A DNA stretch of 64,000 nt. Origin: the human T2T-CHM13v2.0 reference genome, Homo sapiens. Below, piece after piece: positions 51,224 to 64,000 of the stretch. A program made the translations under genes and the position numbers. The notes beneath the pieces are model-generated. The model worked only from the letters and a program-made list of their open reading frames with translations, ran no database searches and was not told where the DNA came from. Within the stretch, counting starts at the first letter, position 1. The number at the start of each line of letters is the position of its first letter. The stretch is from NCBI RefSeq assembly GCF_009914755.1, contig NC_060939.1; one strand, 5' to 3'.

Positions 51224-51299
51224 TTACATGAGGAGAATGGAAGAAGGGAAGGAATGGGAATTATGTAGCAGGATTGAGGCAGAAATGGCAAAGTTTCCA

Positions 51300-52846
<1,547 letters not shown>

Positions 52847-54275
52847 TCAATCATTTTTCAAGCATACAGTGAATATTAACAATGAGGGTCTCAAAAAAAA
52901 AAAAAAAGGGCCAGGGCCAGGCGTGGTGGCTCACACCTGTCAGTAATTCCAGCACTTTGGGAGGCCGAGGTGGGTGGATCACCTGAGGTCAGGAGTTCAA
53001 GACCAGCCTAGCCAAGATGGTGAAACCCCATCTCTACTAAAAATACAAAAATTAGCTGGGCGCGATGGCTGGCACCTGTAATCCCAGCTGCTCGGGAGGC
53101 TGAAGCAGGAGAATCCCTTGAACCCAGGAGGCGGAGGTTATAATGAGCTGAGACCACGCCATTGCGCTCCGGCCTGGGTGACAGAGGGAGACTCCATTTC
53201 AAAAAAAAAAAAAAAAGTTTCTCAGATGTAGCAGAGATGGCAACAATATGAATAATAATAACCATAAGGCTGTGCCCACCAACCACCAATTCCACTGAGG
53301 AAATAGTTACCACCACCCTCATTGTTATCTGAGATTCCAGGGAAAACAGGCAGGTAAAGAACAAGTGCATTCAGCTGGGGATAAACGGGATGCACATGCA
53401 TTTTAAGCATTAAAGCAAGGGACAGAAACTGGTCTCTGTCCATAACCAGCCTTCAGGTGTGTGATTTTGTTTTGAGTTTTTTTTTCTTGAAAACTAGGAC
53501 AATCTAGCAACGCTTATGCAACAGCGAAATGGAAGTGAACCACAGCTTCACCCTTTAGGCACAGTATACCTGCCCACTTCTTTCCTGCTCACCTGAGTCC
53601 CTGTCACTACCAGTTACTTAAACCCAATCCACTGATACTGTTTCAAACTTCTGCAGAATTTCAGTTTGCAGTTACTACAATAAAAGGTTCATTTTGGGCC
53701 GGGCACAGTGGCTCACGCCTGTAATCCCAGCCCTTTTGGAGGCCAAGGCGGGCGGATCACCTGAAGTCGGGAGTTCAAGACCAGCCTGACCAACATGGAG
53801 AAACCCCATCTCTACTAAAAATACAAAATTAGTCGAGCATGGTGGCGCATGCCTAATCCCAATTACTTGGGAGGGTGAGGCAGAAGAATTGCTTGAACCA
53901 AGAGGCGGAGATTGTGGTGAGCCAAGATCGTGCCATTGCAATCCAGCCTGGGCAATAGGGTGAGACTCTGTCTCAAAAAAAAAAAAAGAATTGGTTTAGG
54001 CCGGGTGCAGTGGCTCACGCCTATAATCCTAGCAATTTGGCAGGGTAACGTGGGCAAATGGCTTCTGTTCAGAAGTTTGAGAGCAGTAAGGGCAACATGG
54101 CAAAACCTCACCTCTACAAAAAAAACAAAAATTAGCCAGGAGTGTAACACATACCTGTAGTTCCAACTATTCAAGAAGCTGAGGTAGGAGCATTACTTGA
54201 GCCCAGGAGACGGAGGCTCCAATGAGCTGAGATTGCACCACTGCTCTCCAGCCTGGGCAACACAGCAAGACCCTA

Positions 54276-54584
<309 letters not shown>

Positions 54585-54842
54585 TCAAAAAAAAAAAAAA
54601 AAAGAAAGGAGGGAGGGAGGGGCAGGGAAGGGAAGGAAAAAAGAAAGTTTTATTCAAATCTTTTGCCCATTTTTACAATGGATTTTTCTTTTTAAGTTGT
54701 AATTGTTCTCTACATGTTCAAGATACAAGTTCTTTTTCAGATCTCTGATTGCTAAATATTTTCTCTCATCTATAGGTTGTTTTTTTACTTTCTTGATGGG
54801 GTCCTCTGAAGTAGAAAAGGTAAATTTTTTTGTCATTTTTAA

Positions 54843-55067
<225 letters not shown>

Positions 55068-55718
55068 TAATGGCCGTCCAGGTGCAGTGGCTCATGCCTG
55101 TAATCCCACCACTTTGGGAGGCCAACACAAGAGGATCACTTGAGCCCAGGAATTTGAGAGCAACCTGGGCAACATAGTGAGATCCCTTCTCTACAAAAAA
55201 ATAGAAATATTAGTTGGGCATGGTAGCATGCACCTGTAGTCTCAGCTCCTTGGGAGGCCGGAACTAAAAATACAATTTTTTTTTACAAGTAAAAATAAAA
55301 ATAAATATGTGAGCCTGGGAGGTCAAGGCTGCAGTGAGCCTTGACCACACCCCTGCACTCCAGACTCGGTGACTGAGTGAAAACCCGTCTCAAAGAAAAA
55401 AAATAATTTATTGCCAAATCTATGATCATAAAGATTTACTTGTCTTTTTCTAAGAATTTTGTGGATTTTGCTCTTACATCTATGTCTATGCCCAATTTTT
55501 AGTTAATCTCTGTATATGGAGTGAGGTAAGACTCCAACTTCATTCTTTTGCATGTGAATATCCAGCACCATTTGTTTAAAAAATGGTTCTTTTATAGAAG
55601 ACATTTACAACCACATTAAATGGTCTTGCCACCCTTATTAAAAATCAGCCAAACAGGCCGGGCAAGATGGCTCACACCTGTAATCCCAGCACTTTGGGAG
55701 GCCAAGGCAGGCGGATCA

Positions 55719-55958
<240 letters not shown>

Positions 55959-56184
55959 TCAAACGTAGACACATGATTTTTTTCCCTCCTTTGAGTACTT
56001 TTCCTTCTTTTGAGTACTCCCATTATGTATTTTTTTGTATGCTCAATGGTGTCCAATGAGTCTCTGAGGCTCTGTTCATTTTTCTGCATTCACTTTTCTG
56101 TCTGTTCCCCGGATTGCGTAAAACCTGTCAATCTATTTTCATGTCCGCTAATTTGTTCTTCTGATAATTCAGATCAAAAATTGA

Positions 56185-56508
<324 letters not shown>

Positions 56509-57308
56509 TAGGTGTGACCCACGGAGCCCAGCCAACATCAGAATTTCTATGTAGTTCTTTTTTAGAATTTCTGTGTCTTCGACCTGGTGCGGTGGCTCAC
56601 GCCTGTAATCCCAGCACTTTGGGAGGCTGAGGCAGGCGTATCACCTGAGGTCAGGAGTTCGAGACCAGCCTGGCCAACATGGCGAAATCCCGTCTCCACC
56701 AAAAATACTAAACTTAGCCGGGCATGGTGGCAGACGCCTATAATACCAGCTACTCAGGAAGCTGAAGCAGGAGAATCACTTGAACCCAGGAGGCAGAGGT
56801 TGCAGTGATCGGAGATCAAGCCACTACACTTCAGCCTGGGCAACAGAGCAAGACTGTCTCAAAAAAAAAAAAAAGAATTTTTATGTCTTCATTGATAATA
56901 ATCTCTATTTCATAAGGCATTGTTATCATACCTTCCTTCATAAACCATGTTTTCCTTTAGTTCTTTGAAAGTATTATAATGGGTACTATGAAGCCTTTTA
57001 AATGGAACATCTGTTTGCAATTGCAGGCAGTGTATGTTTCCTGCTTTTTTCCAGTGTATGGATCATGGTTCCCTGTTTTTTCATAAGTCTTATAATTTGT
57101 TTATGGGAAACTAGCATATTTAAAATAATATATTAGGCCAGGTACAGTGGCACACACTTGTAATCCCAGAACTTTGGGAGGCTGAGGCAAGTAAATTGCT
57201 TGAGCTCTGGAGTTCAAGACCAGTTTGGGCAACATGGTGAAACCCCATCTCTACAAAAAATATAAAAATTAGCCAGGCATGGTGGTGCATGCCTGTAGTC
57301 TCAGCTTA

Positions 57309-57413
<105 letters not shown>

Positions 57414-58319
57414 TCAAAATAAATAAATAATAAATAAGTAATCTAGTAACTCTGGGTACTGATCTGCTATTAAAGGGCTGGTCCTGCTATTTGCTTGTTT
57501 GTTTAGTGAGTAGGTGGAATGCTTTAGTGCAACCTATTCCCTACTCCCAACAGTTCTTTTTTTTTTTTTTTGAGACAGTCTCACTCTGTTGCCCAGGCTG
57601 GGGTGCAGTGCTGCCATCTTGCCTCCCTGCAACCTCTGCCTCCTGGTTCAAGCAATTCTCCTGCCTGGGCCTCCCAAGTTGCTGGGATTACAGGCACACA
57701 CAACCATGCCCAGCTAATTTTTGTATTTTTAGTAGAGACGGGGTTCGCCATGTTGGCCAGGCTGGACTTGAACTTCTGACCTCAGGTGATCTGCCCGCCT
57801 GAGCCTCCCAAAGTGCTGGGATTATAGGCATGAGCCACTGCACCTGGCTTCCTACTCCCAACAGTTCTAAGCCTCTGATGTTGGCCGCTCAGGACCATCC
57901 CACAATCTGGGATGACAGATTTTGGCAGGGATCTCTTTGACAGTGTCTCTTCCCTGAACGCACCTAGTTATTAAATTCCATTCACTACTGATTGCTCTAT
58001 TCCTTTCAATAATGCCCTTGGTCACAAATTGCTTCACAGAATAATCCAATCAAATTCAGGCTCCTTTAAGGAGATGGTTGTCAAAGTCAATTTTTAAGAT
58101 TTGAGATTTGTTCAGTCCCAAGGCAGGTTTCTCACAAATGTCTACCTTCCTGGTTCTCTTGGGCACATTAGCTAACCTACATTTTAGTCTGTATATCCAA
58201 TGACTCCTCCCAATTGCCTCATCACAACCTCCACTATTTTTGAGAGAACCCTTAGGCTCAAATTCTCCCACACTCTGTTGCAAATTAAGTCAGTTCTTCT
58301 GGGAAGAGATTAGGAGCTA

Positions 58320-58362
<43 letters not shown>

Positions 58363-58869
58363 CATTTCTTTTAGGAGCTACTTGCTTTAAAACCCGCTTC
58401 TCCTGCCAGGCAAAATCTCTAGGCCAAGTCTGGAGTGTAGGAGAGACAATGACATCATTCCCTCCAAATGGTCTTTCTGCCTAGGAGCTGAGAGCTCAGC
58501 GGATGCGGTGTAGAAGCCACAGGTGTTGGTTTGCCTCGGTGTGGAACCACCACCTTCAGAGCCACTGCTAGAGCAATGAATGGCTCAGTGTTCTCAGCAC
58601 AGCCACACCCAAGGTACAGCTTCTGTCCCACAGCAGGAGCTAGGCAGAAGAAAGGATCCCTGCACATTTGCCCAGAATTTGGTGTCAGCAACAGGTAGCT
58701 GGGAGCTGGATGAGAATTGCTGACATCCTGCCCTTACCAGGAAGCTGGCTCTCCAACTGGAAGCTGGGGAGAGAGGAAGCCCTGTGCTCTTGGCTGCACC
58801 ACCCTGTAGTGGTCTCCACTTGGCTGAACTGGAAGGGGAGAGGAGGGAAATGAATCCTGGTTCAAACAC

Positions 58870-59050
58870 CACACTGTTCATTAAGTGGAAGTGGAGCATC
58901 ATAAAGGTCTTCATCCTCATTGCCTTCATACTGAGTAGGCTGAGGAGGAGGAGGAAGAGAAGGGTCTTAACTGTCTCAGGGGTGGCAGACTTGAAGAAAA
59001 TTCGTAGATATGTGGATCTGTGCAGATCAAACCCGTGTTGGTCTCAACTG
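58870..59050 (+). mobile_element. MER8/Tigger2-type DNA transposon fragment
   Basis: ATCATAAAGGTCTTCATCCTC..TGAGTAGGCTGAGGAGGAGGAGGAAGAG and terminal GTGGA..TGCAG..CAAACCCGTGTTG..TCAACTG|TA. Confidence 0.75.
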
Positions 59051-59147
59051 TATACAAAAATTAATTATATTTTCATATAATAGAAACAAACAATTGAAAG
59101 TTAAAATATTGAAAATACAATTTATAATAACAAAAAAGCCATGAAAT

Positions 59148-59673
59148 ACTTTGGTTTGGATGTTTTTCCCTACCAAATCTCATGTTGAAATGTGACTCCC
59201 GGGGCCGGGCACGGTGGCTCATGCCTGTAATCCCAGCGCCTTGGGAGGCCAAGGAAGACGGATCACGAGGTCAGGAGTTCGAGACCAGCTTGGCCAAGAT
59301 GGTGAAACCCCATCTCTACTAAAAATACAAAAATTAGCTGGGTGTGGTGGCAGGCACCTGTAATCCCAGCTACTTGGAAAGCTGAGGCAGGAGAATTGTT
59401 TGAACCCGGGAGTCAGAGGTTAGTCGGAGGTTGCAGTGAGCCAAGATCACGCCACTGCACTCCAGCCTGGCAACAGAGCAAGATTCCATCTCAAAAAAAA
59501 AGAAAAAAGAAAAAAAGAAATTTGAGTCCCAATGTTGGAGGTAGGGCCTGATGAGAGGTGATTGGATCATGGGGGTGGATCCCTCACACATGGCATAGCA
59601 CCATCCCCTCGGTGGTAAGTGAGTTCCCCCTCTGAGTTCATATGAGATCTGGTTGTTTAAAACTGTATGGCAC
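59148..59673 (+). mobile_element. MST-type MaLR LTR fragment interrupted by an Alu (59203-59520)
   Basis: GGTTTGGATGT..CCAAATCTCATGTTGAAATGTGA..CCC / AATGTTGGAGGT.GGGCCTG..GAGGTGATTGGATCATGGGGGTGGAT. Confidence 0.8.
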
Positions 59674-59740
59674 AGGCCAGGCACGGTGGCTCATGGCTGT
59701 AATCCCAGCACTTTGGGAGGCCGAGGTGGGCGGATCACTA

Positions 59741-59983
<243 letters not shown>

Positions 59984-60088
59984 TCATGCCTGTAATCCCA
60001 GCACTTTCGGAGGCCAAGGCGGGCAGATCACCTGAGGTCAGGAGTTCGAGACCAGCCTGACCAACATAAAGAAACCCAGTCTCTACTA

Positions 60089-60247
<159 letters not shown>

Positions 60248-61153
60248 TCAAAAAAAAAAAAAAAACAAATTAATGAATAATGAATGAATGAATGATGGAG
60301 AAGATAAATTCCTTTTTTTTTTTTTTTTTTTTTGAGACAGAATCTAGCTCTGTCATCCAGGCTGGAGGGCAGTGGAGCAATCTCAGCTCGCTGCAACCTC
60401 CACAGGTTCAAGCGATTCTCCTGACTCAGCCTCCCGTGTAGCTGGGATTACAGGCATGCAACACCACGCCTAGCTATTTTTTTTGTATTTTTAGTAGAGA
60501 CAAGGTTTCTCCTTGTTGATCAGTCTGGTCTTGAACTCCTGACCTCAAGTGATTGGCCTGCCTCGGCCTCCCAAAGTGCTGGGATTAAAGGCATGAGCCA
60601 CTGCTCCTGGTCAGAAAGTTCTTTCAGGATAATGCAAAATAGTAAGTGAAGAAGGAATAATGGAATTGGAAAATCACCATTTGATAACCATCATAATAAT
60701 TGATTCAGTTATCAATGCATCACTGTACACTGTACAATGCTAAAACTAGTGAGTAAAAGTTTAAGGAGTAAGAGGATGTTTACACAATCTCAACTATCTC
60801 CCTACAAGATACTTATTAACTATAAAAGGTAAAATAGTAACTTCACAGTGGAGAAGCCTGGCAAACATCACCTTTACCAAGTGATCAAAGCTAACAAAGT
60901 TAACATCACTGATAATGATATTAATTGATAACATGTGCTTTCTGATATGATGCACTGAAAAGAACTCAGCATCACTTCTGCGGAATTACTGCTAAATTAA
61001 TCTAAACCAAATCTAATCACGAGGGAATATCAGAGAAACAAATTGAGATTCATTAACTTGCAAAATAACAGGGTTTTGAGGAAGACACAGTAGACAAACT
61101 TTTCCCTAGTCCTCCCACTAAATACAACTAAAACTCCTAGACATTATATTTAA

Positions 61154-61652
<499 letters not shown>

Positions 61653-62298
61653 TGAGGGTGGCGGATCACCTGAGGTCAGGAGTTCGAGACCAGCCTAGCT
61701 AACATGGTGAAACCCCATCTCTACTAAAAATACAAAAATTAGCCCACTGAAACCAATGCATATAACAAGAAGGCCCCAATGAAAGTCGGCTGTCTTGCCA
61801 AACAACCAGGAAAGGTGCAGCCTAGTAAGAAAGAACATTTTTACACAGTAACTACTTTACTCTAAATACCACAGTAAAAAGTGGCCCAGCCAATATTCTT
61901 GTCATCAAGGGCTGAGTGAGGAGCCTAGACTTCTACTATTGAAGACTATACCAAGGTGTCCAACACCCCTCCTAAGCAGGGAAAGGCCGAGGGAGCCAGG
62001 ACTTTCATTAACATCTGGGTATAACAAGGGCCCCTACCCCATAGCATCAGTGAAGACCATGTGGTTATCTGGAACTCCAACCCTCATGTCAATGTAGAGC
62101 AAGTGAGGGATCTGGACTTCTCCCTCTACATGGCAGTAATGAGATTGTATCCTCCCCTTCCCTGGCTGGAATAGTGTCAGAGAAAGTCAACTAAAATAGA
62201 TTTAGGATGGGCACGGTGGCTTACGCCTGTAATCCCAGCACTTTGGGAGGCCGACGCAGGCGGATTAAGAGGTCAGGAGTTCAAGACCAGCCTGGTCA

Positions 62299-63902
<1,604 letters not shown>

Positions 63903-64000
63903 TTTGGTGCCGAAGACCCGGGACAGGGGGAGTCCTTCAGGAGACTGGTCCCCTGTCCTCGCCCTCACTCCATGAGGAGCTCCACCTATGATCTCGGGTC
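63903..64000 (+). mobile_element. HERV-H-like internal leader with primer-binding site (63905-63923); the provirus probably continues beyond the window
   Basis: TT+TGGTGCCGAAGACCCGGGA immediately after the LTR's terminal CA; downstream ...CCCCTGTCCTC...TCCACCTATGATCTCGGGTC resembles the HERV-H leader. Confidence 0.85.

Overview
Primate (human-like) genomic DNA that is very rich in Alu elements (roughly 100 copies or fragments by eye). It holds the 5' half of the INO80 chromatin-remodelling ATPase gene on the minus strand. There is a CpG-island promoter with non-coding exon 1 (donor at 48054) and 13 coding exons (exons 2-14, 28389 down to 1650). All introns are GT-AG and the exons join into one continuous 1782-nt frame (594 aa: N-terminus, HSA/DBINO region, start of the SNF2 ATPase with ADEMGLGKT). 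The gene continues left of the window. Intron 1 carries an antisense processed cytochrome c pseudogene of ancestral type, broken up by Alus. The upstream intergenic region is made of Alu, L1, MaLR and Tigger remnants and ends in the 5' LTR and leader of an LTR7-family (HERV-H-like) provirus inserted into an Alu. I see no evidence for a new multi-gene system, and nearly all ORF-track entries are Alu artefacts. The best leads are regulatory or RNA-level: strong-Kozak uORFs in frame with INO80, an overlapping uORF, a stop-free 90-nt in-frame intron, a predicted exon 2-4 circRNA ORF, a perfect YY1 site, an E-box triplet, an Alu-derived hairpin upstream of the promoter, a Phe-like proviral PBS, and some informative retrotransposition scars.
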